Of a stretch of 64,000 bases of DNA, positions 38,557 to 51,598 are shown in pieces. Every line of letters begins with the position of its first letter. Position 1 is the stretch's first letter. Below the pieces are notes generated by a model. The model searched no databases. It saw only the letters and a program-made list of their open reading frames with translations, and was not told the DNA's origin. The DNA is from Octopus vulgaris (taxonomy: Eukaryota). The DNA is taken from positions 30,566,001 to 30,630,000 of the forward strand of contig OX597827.1 of assembly GCA_951406725.2 (NCBI GenBank), given 5' to 3'. The position numbers and the translations under genes are program-made.

Positions 38557-39445
38557 GTTGCCTGGACTTGTGCCTAGGTGCAATCTCATGGTCATTCATG
38601 ACCGAAGGGGGTCTCAAGAATAATAGTAATAACATTTTACATAGGTACTTGGTCTTAAGTATTTGTGGAGAGGGATATAGTCAATTATATCTGACACTAA
38701 CATTTGTGTCAATCCTCTGCCTTTATAAGACTGATGTAGCCAATTTTATCTAACTGGGAACTTATTTTATCACTTCTCAAGGAATGAATGGCAAAGACAA
38801 CACTGGTGGGATTTCAAGTCTGAATAATGAAAGACAATTAATTGGCAACCCATTGTTTCTGCTACCACTCCACTACATTCTTTCGATATAATAATTATAA
38901 TGATTTCTCAAACAACACATTCGTGAAAGGAAGGATAGTGTCAATTTAATCTCTTAATTGATCTGTCCCACATACACCCTTGATTTTTTTTCTATAATAT
39001 ACACAAGAAGATGAAGTTTACAATGGAACCCCACTGATGACTCACCTCACTAATGTTCTACTAATGACTGCTTTTTGTCCAGGAACATGGCCATTTATTT
39101 GTTTGTTTGTTTATATATTTATTTATTTCATAGGCTGCTGTAGTTTAATAGGAGTTGTTTTACTAAATCAGAACGGAGGATGGACAAATTCAGATTTTTA
39201 ACTCAGAACAAGGAGAGAATGAGAGAGGAAGGAGAGGGGGAATGGAAAAGAGGGAGGGAGAAACAGAGACAGACAGACAGAGGTGGCCGGAGAGAGTAAA
39301 TAAATCTACTGATAAATTTTGTGAGATATGCTAGGGTTTATTTCCATGGGCCCCTTGATATCTATCCGAACCCTTCTGTTTTTTGGCAGAATTATTTTAA
39401 CGCAAATTTAATTATTAAACGATATCTGTTTAATTAGTTGTTAGA

Positions 39446-40320
<875 letters not shown>

Positions 40321-40460
40321 AATTGTCAGTAGCTCATATATCTGAGAAAGAAGCACACACTCTAAAGCATGGGAACAGTAATATATTTTTTAGGAAGATG
40401 AAAGTTCGCACCTATAAAGCACTTAGTAGTAATATAGACTGAAATGGCTGAAGGCCTTCA

Positions 40461-40539
40461 AGCCATTTCAGTCTGATGAGTCACCTATACTGCTAAGCAC
40501 TTTATAGGTATGAAACCAATGGTCACTCTATGACTGGCT
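40461..40539 (+). ncRNA. Type I hammerhead ribozyme motif (probable Penelope remnant)
   Basis: CTGATGA 40473-40479, stem II acctata/tataggt, GAAA 40512-40515, stem III ACC-aat-GGT, C at 40524. Bulged stem I agt/act plus agcca/tggct. Confidence 0.65.
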
Positions 40540-40620
40540 ATAACTTTATATATTTATATATGTCATTTGTTGAAAACATAAATCCAAAAGAAGCAGCAGA
40601 CTCCAAGATGTAGAGCCATA

Positions 40621-40848
40621 TATATTAAAAATGGGGAAAGCCACTTTATGGGATTACCTTAGGTTTCCTGTCCATAAAGGGTTTAGCTTTGTGGTGTATT
40701 GTCAGATCCCAAAAACATGTTGGCGCATGACTTCTTAAAAAAATTTCCTCTTCCATAATTTTTAAGATGATAGGCCATAAAGCTAAACCCTTTATGGACA
40801 GGAAACCTAAGGTAATCCCATAAACTGGCCTTTCCCATTTTTAATATG
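40621..40848. mobile_element. MITE with ~74-bp terminal inverted repeats
   Basis: atattaaaaatggggaaagccactttatgggattaccttaggtttcctgtccataaagggtttagcttt and its reverse complement at 40775-40848. Confidence 0.8.
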
Positions 40849-41917
40849 CACACCCACACACACACACATGATGGACTTTCCTGTTGGTTTCAACATATGA
40901 GGATCTGACAATCTACTCTTTCTTTGTCAGTCATAATACTTATATTGAATGTGACAATCATTTGTAAAAAGTCCACAGATACTGCAAGCATGAGAATTAC
41001 AGGTCAGTGCAGGTTGTATATTTGCAGCCACTTTTCTCCTTTGCTTTACACCCTGAAGCCTATTAATGCTGGTTGCAACAAAGTTTCTAATAACATTTTG
41101 ACACAACAATCTCCATTTTGTTCGCTCCAAGGCCGTTCGCTCAAAGCTGTTGTGAGCTGTCTTCATTTCTAAGAGGTTACTCGTCAGCTTGACTTTATAC
41201 CTGAGCCATGGTCGACCAGCATTCCTGTCTATATCTTAGGAGAAAGATGGGGCTCCTTAACCGTGGTGAAGGTATCCCATCTAGGAGAAGAGGAACTCTG
41301 ATATAAAAGCAGGTCTTTGATTGCGGAGGGTCTCTTTAACAGGGCTGTACTCTCAGCAAATTCTGACTCATAGGGTAGACTAGGCTCTCCAGCTTGTTTA
41401 TAGTGGCTTGTTTAGAAGATGGAAACCTCTGAAAAAAAATCCTGAAGTGTGTTGTTCTTGATGTTGTGGCACATATGTGTACCATACTCTTGCTATCATC
41501 ACTTCCAAAAAGTGTGGCTTTTTCAAAAAATTGACTTCAACACTTAAATAAAATCATATGTGTGCGTTTTCTGACAACTTACATTTATTCATTCAACACA
41601 GCACAGCTTCAGCTTGCAAAAATCAAAAAGTCCTCTGGTGAGAGAGTGAAAGTGGCAGGGACAGGTAAAGGATATTACTGAAGTGTCTTGCTGGATCTTT
41701 ACACAGTCAGCGACCATTGGGTGATGGCTGTTCCAGCACAGAACTTGTAACTGTGTTGTCCATGTCCTCCAGTGGTGACAAAGCAGGTCTACTAAGACAC
41801 AGCAGTGCTTTCCACAACAGGGGAGGGGGCGAGAAAAGGAGCCCTAAACATTACCTACTCAATTTAAGCTTGGTAGCCTGCTGCAGCTCTCTGGTTATTC
41901 AGTAACTCATTCTAAGC

Positions 41918-42803
41918 ATGAAGAAATCTAAGAATATTAACCTTGGTTCTTGGAATGTGCACACTCTCCAAGACAGTCACTCAGCACCAGAATGAGAAAC
42001 AGCACCAGTTGCCCTTGAACTAAAGAAATACAACATTGACAAAGCTGCACTCAGTGAAACTCATCTTGCAGGATCATCACAATTAGAAGAAAGTAAAGGT
42101 GGATACATATTTTTCTGGTGTGGAAGAAATGAGGACAAACCACACCACTCTGGTGTTGATTTTGGCATCAAGACAGAAATAGCTAGATCCCTTCTTTCTT
42201 TAACCAAAGGTATCTTTGATCACATCATGACACTAATGTTGGAACTTGATCACAACACTTGTGCTATGCTTGTCAGTTGTTATGCCCCAACCATGACCAG
42301 CAGTGAGCAGGAAAAGGGTGGATTTTACAACCAACTCCATGTTGTCATCTCCATAGGGATAAACTTATCCTAAAGGGCAACTTTAACGCTCATATTGGTA
42401 CTGACTATCAGGCATGGGAGGGTGTACTTGGTCATCATGGTGTAGGTTGAATGAACTCCAGCGGTCTGTGTGTGCTCTCCATCTGCAGGGAATTCAGTCT
42501 AAGCATCACAAAAACCTTTTTTCAACAGCAAAATTGTTGCAAGATAACCTGAATTCATCCTAGATCTAAGGATTGGCATCTCATAGACTATGTTGTCACT
42601 AAGAAACAAGATATTAGGGACTTTAACATTACAAAATCCTTTCATAACACCTGCTATCTCTCTGACCATTCTCTTTTCCATAGTATGACTACGTTCCATC
42701 AGAAACACACAAGACTACAAAAGTCATCAGTGCCTAAGCGCATTAATGTTCTGCCTTTGAAAACTGCTGAAAAGCAGGCTGAGCTTTCTATCAAGTTGGA
42801 CAT

Positions 42804-42806
<3 letters not shown>
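41918..42806 (+). pseudogene. APE-type endonuclease domain of an RTE/BovB-like LINE (5' part only)
   Basis: Manual translation: [55 protein letters not shown], with stops and frameshifts. Ends at (TA)n(GA)n. Confidence 0.88.
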
Positions 42807-42873
<67 letters not shown>

Positions 42874-43319
42874 TATGAGAGGTAATGGTGTCATTGAGAC
42901 ACAAAGGTGTCAGATAATGCTGAATAAGCGCTATAGATGGACCACAGTTATGTTCCAGGTTTGGTAATTATGTGAATAAGAGGTTCAACGTTGGTCATAT
43001 GTCAGCGTGTGTATATAAAAATTTTATTTCGTAATGAGATAAAAAAACCAAGGCTGTGTAGATTTTAGAACATTTATAGATAGAAGGTCTTACAGCTATT
43101 TCCAGGATATTTATTATATCCCTTCATAGGAGACAGTGTGAGAGGATGGTTAAGAAATAATTAATTTATATAAGATATAAAATAGAGAATGAGGTGGAGA
43201 ATATAAAAGAGACTAGATGTGAGATATGTAGGGATATTGCATTTTTAGATCCTTTTTTTTTCAGGCAGAAAGGTATACATATAGTATTCCAATATCTTAT
43301 GAGTAAAATCCAATATACC

Positions 43320-43752
43320 AGGGGTGTAACCAGCCACTTATGTGTACCTTTCCTTCATTGAACATTAAACTCTGCTTGCGAAAACCTGTTGAGGCAAGTA
43401 AAATCAAAATCAAATTCGATGACTGGCATCTGTGCTAGTGGAGCGCTAAGAGTACTATACGAGCATGATCATTGCCAAAGCAACAAGCTGGCCTCCGTGC
43501 TAGTTGCACATGAAAAAACATTCGAGCAAGGTCATTGCCAGTGCTGCTGGACTGGCTCCTGTGCAGGTGACACATAAAAAGCACTATCTGAGTATGGCCG
43601 TTGCCAGTATCGCCTGACTGGCCCTCATGTCGGTGGCACATGAAAGCACCCACTACGCTCTTGGAGTGGTTGGCATTAGGAAGGGCATCCAGCTGTAGAA
43701 ACTCTACCAGATCAGATTGGAGTCTGGTGCATCCTAGTGGCTTTCCAGACCC
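43320..43752 (+). mobile_element. RTE 3'UTR fragment in opposite orientation to the adjacent LINE
   Basis: Reverse-complement similarity to 43850-44400 (tggcattaggaagggcatccagc and the tandem gtggcac..aaaagcacc units). Confidence 0.75.
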
Positions 43753-43796
43753 CACTATTATGCAATTCAAACAATGATAGACATAAACCAAATCAT

Positions 43797-46408
43797 CATC
43801 ATCATCATTTAGCATCCGCTTTCCATGCTAGCATGGGTTGGACGGTTCGACTGGGGTCTGTGAAGCCAGAAGGCTGCATCAAGCCCAGTCTGATCTGGCA
43901 GTGTTTCTATGGCTGGATGCCCTTCCTAACGCCAACCACTCCGTGAGTGTAGTGGGTGCTTTTTACGTGCCACCCGCACAGGTGCCAGACGGAGCTGGCA
44001 AACGGCCACGGACGGATGGTGCTTTTTACATGTCACCGGCACGGGGGCCAGCCGAGGCTGGCAATGGCCACGAACGGATGGTGCTACGTGCCACCGGCAC
44101 GTGGGCCAAGCGAGGCTGGCAACGGCCATGAACGGATGGTGCTTTTTACGTGCCACCGGTACGGAGGCCAGTCAGGGCGGCGCTGGCAACGGCCACGATC
44201 GGATGGTTTGCTTACTTGTCACCGGCACTGGTATCACAGCTGCAATTTCCATTGATGTTGATCGACTTTGATTTTGGTTCTGCTTTCTGATATCTGATTT
44301 GATTTGGTTTGATTTTGATTTTGATTTTCACTTGCCTCAACGGTTCTTCACAAGTGGAGTTTCGTGTCCCAAGAAGGAAAGGTATGTATAAGTCGACTGG
44401 CTACATACCAGGTAGAGGCCACGGGTTATGGTCTCACTAGTCTTGCTGGGTCTTCTCACGCACAGCATACTTCCATAGGTCTCGGTCTCTAGTCATTTCC
44501 TTGGTGAAACCTAAAGTTCGAAGGTCGTGCTTCACCACCTCGTCCCAGGTTTTCCTGGGTCTACCTCTTCCACAGGTTTCCTCAACTGCTAGGGTGAGGC
44601 ACTTTTGCGCACAACTATCTTCAGCCATTCTCGTCACATGACCATACCAGCGCAAACGTCTCTCTTGCACACCACAACTGATGCTTCTTAGGTCCAACTT
44701 TTCTCTCAAGGTACTTACACTCTGTCGATTATGAACACTGACATTACACATCCATCGGAGCATACTGGCTTCATTTCTTGCGAGCTTACGCATATCCTCA
44801 GCAGTCACAGCCCATGTTTCACTACCATGTAGCATGGCTGTTCGTACACATGCATCATACAGTCTGCCTTTTACTCTGAGCGAGAGGCCTTTTGTCACCA
44901 GCAGGAGTAAGAGCTCTCTAAACTTTGTCCAGGCTATTCTTACTCTTGCAGTTACACTTTCAGCATACCCACCCCCGCTACTGACTTGGTCACCTAGGTA
45001 GCGGGAGCTATCAACTACTTCTAGTTTTTCTCCCTGGAACGTGGTAGAAGTTGGTCTCTGCACATTTTCAGTGTTTATTGCTCCTGAGCATCTGCCACAG
45101 ACAAAAACTATTTTCCTAGTTAGCCTTCCTTTGACATTGCTGCACCTCTTATGTGTCCATAGCTTACACTTGGTGCACCTTATAGAGTTTCTACCTACAC
45201 CTTTTTTACAGATCGAGCAGGGCCATCTACCTGAAGGCGTTTGTGATTGGTCTACCTTCCTACTTATTAGGACTTTGGTTTTAGCTAGGTTGATTCTAAG
45301 GCCCTTCGATTCTAAACCTTGCTTCCACACCTGAAACTTCTCCTCCAGTTCTGATAGTGACTCAGCAATTAGAGCAAGGTCATCAGCATAGAGGAGCTCC
45401 CAGGGGCATCCTGTCTTGAATTCCTCCGTTATTGCCTGGAGGACTATGATAAATAGGAGGGGACTGAGGACTGAACCTTGGTGGACCCCAACCTCTACCT
45501 TGAATTCTTCACTGTACTCATTGCCAACCCTCACCTTAGTAGCACCGTCTCTGTACATGGCTCGCACAGCTCTCACTAACCATTTATCTATCCCTAGTTT
45601 CCTTATTGACCACCAGATAAGGGATCGGGGGACCCTGTCGAAGGCTTTCTCCATGTCAACAAAAGCCAGGTACAGGGGCTTATCTTTGGCTAGGTATTTC
45701 TCTTGCAGCTGTCTTACCAGGAATATAGCATCAGTAGTACTTTTCCCTGGCACGAAACCAAACTGCATCTCATCTAAGCTAACTCTCTCTCAAATTAGTT
45801 GGGCTATAACCCTCTCCGTAACCTTCATTACCTGATCCAGCAGCTTGATACCCCTGTAGTTATTTGTATCTAGGGCGTCACCTTTACCTTTGTAGCAGTT
45901 GACTATTATGCTGCTACACCAGTCATTGGGTATGACTCATTCGTGTATCACCTGGTTAACTATACCAGTGACTAGGCTATAGCCGACACTACCAGATATT
46001 TTGAGCATCTCTGCAGTAATTCCTGATGGGCCTGGGGCTTTCCCTGTTTTCATGCTTGTAATTGCCTTAGCTACTAAGGAACTGTCAACTCGGATTGCTG
46101 GTCCCTCTGTTGGGTCGACATTTGGCAGACTCTCTTTATCCCATTCATTTTCCTCATTCAGCAACCGTTCATAGTGGCGTCTCCAAACCTCTCTCTTTGC
46201 ATCCTCATTTAGCACAAGTGAACCGTCATCCTTGCGAACACATTTCTCTCCTACCACGTCACGATTCTCTCTCACACACTGTCTTGCAACACGAAATGCC
46301 TCAAATCTTTCATCCTCACGGCGCAGAACATTGGCAAATTTTTTCTTATCTGCTTCCCCTCTGGCTAAATACACCTGCCTCCTAGCTTCCCTTCTGGCAG
46401 TCTGATAC
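43797..46408 (-). mobile_element. 5'-truncated RTE-clade LINE with intact YADD RT domain
   Basis: ORFs 45937-46410 and 44437-45768 are in the same frame, separated by one stop. GKAPGPSGI, YRGIKLL, YADD, RRLRWYGHV. (CAT)n tail. aatcat duplicated at 43791-43796 and 46409-46414. Confidence 0.96.
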
Positions 46409-46480
46409 AATCATAAATAAAAAATGAAATATGATTTTTAAAATATATAACTCGATTACAAAAAGTACAAAAATGAATAA

Positions 46481-48131
46481 TCTCTATATTATAATTCTGA
46501 AATGCGAAAAGTTTGTTTCTTTGTTTGTCTGGTTTTGGTATTGAGAATGGATTAAAGGCCACTAGATCCCATCGGATTGACTCCAAAATTTACAGGGACG
46601 TGAAAAATGAGGTGAGGATGCGAGTGGGCTAGGTTAGAAATCCCTATCTTAAAAGGTGTCGTTGCTAGGGCCAAAAACGTACTTTGACAAGTCTACTCTC
46701 ATTCTTTTATGTATCTGTCTTCCTCCATCAATCACTCTCTTTCCTCCCTTCCCATCACTTTCTATCTATAACGTTGTTTCACAGCGTCTACTTCCCCTTC
46801 ACTTTCTCTTTATAACGTCGTTTCACAGCGTTCTATATCTCCCCCTCCCCGCCTTCGACAGCGCTTTCACACTCTCTCTCTCTCTACGTCTCTCTGCATT
46901 CATAGAGAGAATTACCATCGCCACCACCACCACCACACAATCATGAGAACAAATATTATGAATGAGATATTTATTGGGTTAATTTATATATGTGTGTGTG
47001 TTCTATATATAAATATGTATATATAATGTATATATACAAAGTGTAGTATATATCTGTATTTATGTATATTAAACTTTTTAATACTTTTTGATAGTTATAT
47101 ATATTTAAAAAAAAATATAAATTAATTTTAATTTTAAATTTAAATAATTTAAATTTTTAAATTTTATATTTTATATATTTTGTATATTATATTTTTATTT
47201 TTATGTTTTGGTTTATGTTTTCCACTGTTTGATTTGCCTAATAGTGAAAAGGGGTCTAAATGGGGCTGGAAGGGGATTAAAATTTACAGGAGCGGGTGTT
47301 TAGGAATTCTCTGTTACATCAAGCTAAAAAATTTGCGCCAGCCTTTTAATCCTCAATGTGTTGCCGTCCATGATGAAGAAGTTTTGAATGCTTGCCATGG
47401 TGAGTCTACTGTCGTGAGAAAGAATCACTTCAAAACTTGGTGTTTAGGAATTTTCTTTTACATCAAGTTCAAAATTTTACGCCAGCTGTTAAACTGCCAC
47501 TATGTTGCTGTCCGTCGTTAAGAAATGCCAGCCATGGTGAGTCTACTATCCTCAGATTCTATCCCTTCAAACTTTGCTTTCCAATATTTTTTTATTTTTA
47601 TTCAGCTCGCAAGTTCGTCTTTCCCTTTTAAATGTTAGTGTTTTGCTGTCTGACTTGAAGCAGACCTTTCCATTGTCATTGCCTGATATTTATGAGTGAT
47701 CTTTGAAAATATGTTTCTTTCTCAACTTACTCAAGATCTTTTGTTGTTTATAAATGGGAGAGAGATAGATAAAGATAGAGTAAGAGAAAGCGAGGGAGAG
47801 TCCGAGAGAATGGGATAGTGAGAGAGAAACAAAGAGGGAGAATCATCATCATCATCATCATCATCGTTTAACATCCGTTTTCCATGCTAGCACAGGTTGG
47901 ATGGTTTGACCGGGTTCTGGGAAGCCAGGAAGCTGCACCAGGTTCCAGTCTGATCTGGTAGTGCTTCTACAGCTGGATGTGTGTGTAGTGGGTGTAGTGG
48001 GTGTTTTTTCGTGCCACCGACACAGGTGCCATTGGCCATGTTCGGATGGTGCTTTTTACGTGCCGAAAGGAAGCAACAGAAAGTAACAACCATACTCTTA
48101 CCCGTGCATAGAGCAGGTCACCTTAAGCTAG
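46481..48131 (+). mobile_element. Non-autonomous Helitron
   Basis: A|TCTCTATATTATAA 5' end, imperfect subterminal hairpin acccgtgcatagagcaggt then CTAG|T. Internal ~120-bp tandem duplication (about 47295-47550) and an RTE-tail fragment (47843-48065). Confidence 0.8.
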
Positions 48132-48356
48132 TCAATATATATATATTAATTATTCATTTTTGTACTTTTTTTGATCTAGTTATATGTTTTAAAAATCATA
48201 TTTTATTTTTTATTTATGATTTAGTTTATGTCTACCATTGTTTGAATTGCATAAATAGTGGTTTTTCTCTAATTTATATATTATATATTTATATTGTGAA
48301 ATTTGATTTAATACTAAATCAAATTTTTCCCTGTAAGTTTGGAGTTCTCCTCCCTA

Positions 48357-48387
<31 letters not shown>

Positions 48388-48409
48388 AATACATACACAT
48401 ATAAATATT

Positions 48410-49900
48410 GTCATCATTTAACGTCCACTTTCCATGCTGGCATGCGTTGCATGGTTTGACTAAGAACTAGCAGGCTGGGAGGCTGCACCAGGCTCCAATC
48501 TGATTTGGCAAGGTTTCTACAGCTGGATGCCCTTCCTAATGCCACTCTGAGAGTGTAGAAGGGGCTTTCTATGTACCACTGGCATGGGAGCCAGTCAGGC
48601 CACACTTGAATGGTACTTTTTATGTGCCACCAGCATGGGTACCAATCAGGCAGCACTGGCATCGGCCATGCTCGAATGGTGCTTTTTATGTGCCACCGCT
48701 ACGAGAGTCAGTGAGGTGGTACTGGAATTGGCCACTCTCAGATGGCACGTTTTATGTGCCAATCAAGTGGCACTGGCATCAGCCATGCTTGAGTGGTGTT
48801 TTTTTACATGCCACCAGCATGAGTGCCAGTCAGGTGTCACTGGCATCAGCCAAGACTACAATTTCACTCAGTTCAACAGGTCTCCACAGGCACGGCATAC
48901 TGGCCAATGACTGAAGGGTGTTTTTAAATGGGCCAGTTATGCAGCACTGGCATCAGCCACGACTACAATCTCACTTGGCTTGCCAGGTCTTCTCAAGCAC
49001 AGCATATCTCCAAAGGTCTTGGTCGCTTGTCATTACCTCTGTGAGGCCCAATGTTTGACGGTCGTGCTTCAGCACCTCATCCTATGTCTTCGTGAGTCTA
49101 CCTCCTTCACAGGTTCCCTCCACTGTTAGGGTGTGACACTTCTTCACACAGCTGTCCTCATCCATATGCATCACATGACCATACCAATACAGTCGTCTCT
49201 CTTGCACACCACATCTAATGTTTCTTATGTCCAACTTTTCTCTCAGGTTGCTTATACTCTGTTGTGTGTGCACACTGACATTACAATTCCTGTGAACCAT
49301 ATTAGATTAATTTCTTTCAAGCCTATGCATATCCTCAGCAGTCACAGCCCATGTTTCGCTGCCGTGTAGCATGGCTGTTCGCACACAGGCATCATACAGT
49401 CTATCTTTCACTCTGAATGAGAGGCTCTTTGTTACTAGCAGAGGTAGGAGCTCTCTGAACTTTGTCCAACCTATTCTTATTCTAGCAGCTATGCTCTCAG
49501 AGCATCCACCCCCACTACTGACTTGGTCACCTAGGTAATGGAAGCTATCAACTACTTCTAGTTTTTCCCCTGGCATGTGATGGAATCTGTTTTCTGTATA
49601 TTTTTGGTGTTTATGACACTTGTGCATATTCTACACACAAAAACTATCTTCCCAGTTAACCTTTCTTTGATATTGTGGCACCTCTTATGTGTCCATAACT
49701 TACACTGGAGTTTCTACCTATGCCTTTTCTAGATTGAGCAGGCCCATGTACCTAAAATGATTTGTGATTTCTCCACCTTCCTACTTACTAAGACTTTGGT
49801 TTTTGCTAGGTTAATTCTAAAGCCCTTCGATTCTAGACCTTGCTTTCATACATGAAACTTCTCTAGTTCTGGTAGTAACCCAGCTATTAGTGCAAGGTCA
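48410..49900 (-). mobile_element. Degraded 5'-truncated RTE LINE
   Basis: ORFs 49307-49627 and 49082-49300 match the C-terminal part of the 44437-45768 protein. Confidence 0.9.
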
Positions 49901-51377
49901 ATATATATATATACACTTGTGTGTGTGTGTGTGTGTGTGTGAGTGTGTGTGTGTGAGTGTGAGTCTAATAATATAGTAATAATTTAATATTCAGGTATAT
50001 GCCTTGTAGTATGTTGTTTAAAGCCTGTTCACAGTATTCTGCTACCTGTTTTCAACAACAGTGTGGAGGTGTATGCCACTAGATTTAATGCATGACAATT
50101 TATAGTACAGTATCTCCCGCGCGCACACAAACACACACACACACTCTAGGTAAAACTTCTTTACGAATTATATTATTTCTTACAATGTGAACGCGTAAAA
50201 TTACAGCTCAAATCCAATTGAAATGGCCTTTTTCTATTCTGAAAATTGCGTTTGTGACAAACTTATTTAAAAACCCAATCTTCAGCATAAACTTAAAAGG
50301 AACTTTTCCCAGAAATCCTGTCTTCTACCTGTTGTTTCTAGCATGTCTGAGGTGACATTTGCACCTCCCACTTATTTTTCTCCTAAATTTCTTCCGATTC
50401 CTATGTTTTTGATACAGGAGATTAGGATTTTGCCCAAACAGCACGTTCTCAATATTTTAATTTTCTCCCTCCCTATCCCAATTACTTCATTTTTTAAACT
50501 GTTTTCCAAATTTTCTTCTTGATTATTCACAGAGAGTACGAATCTTTAAAGATATATGTACATATATATAATTTAAACAAAAAAAAAAACAAGAAACAAA
50601 ACTGACCTAAGAGAAGGAACTCAAATTGAATTCATACATCATACTCATACACACACACACACACACGAACATATACACAATACACACGAATGTATACTCA
50701 CACATGCATACACATATAATATTGACTATTGATATTAATTATTAAACATATGAAATAAATACTTTGTAGTTCATGATAAAAATGATAATTTATTGCATGA
50801 AATCTAAAAGTTAAAATAGAATTCAGTGTCTGACTAACATTCTGATATTTTGATGCTAGATATGTAGTTTCCTTGTGTCTTTCAGCATCAGTGTACACAC
50901 ACACACATGCATGCACGCATGCACATGCATACACACACACAAAGGCAGAGGTAAAGAACCTCTCTTTAACATTGGAAAGCTGCATTGAAGCTAATTGCCA
51001 AATGAAAAGGCTGCATTCCAAAAAAGTTTTTTGTGTTAAATCCATTATTTTAACGAATATAAATGTGTTCATAAAAGCTCCAGAAAATGTTTAAAAAAGA
51101 CATATTTTTGGAATAAACAGCACCACCTTCAATGAAAAAAAAATTTTTTTCTCAAATATTTCTTCAGATTTCAATGTTTTAAACACATTTGTAATCATTT
51201 TACACAATCAATTTACAAGTATAGTTGACGAAATATAAACAGGATTTGTAAAATTTGCAGTTTGCTGAAAAGATAAGCTTTAAATAAAATTCCCAGTATC
51301 ACAGTATCAACCAGGCCATCCGATGCTGTTGTACACTGCTGATCACTATGTGCTTCCAGTTCTGTCTTGATTTTTTT

Positions 51378-51598
51378 GTTTCTTTACTACCCACAAGGGG
51401 CAAAACACAGAGGGGACAAACAAACGGATTAAGTCGATTATATCGACCCCAGTGCGTAACTGGTACTTAATTTATCGACCCCAAAAGGATGAAAGGCAAA
51501 GTCGACCTCAGCGGAATTTGAACTCAGAAAGTAACGGCAGACGAAATACGGCTACGCATTTCGCCCGGCGTGCTAACGTTTCTGCCAGCTCGCCGCCC
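51378..51598 (-). mobile_element. SINE family B, young full-length copy
   Basis: CpG-intact body. 15-bp duplication agttctgtcttgatt at 51358-51372 and 51600-51614. B-box-like gagttcaaattcc on the minus strand. Confidence 0.88.
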
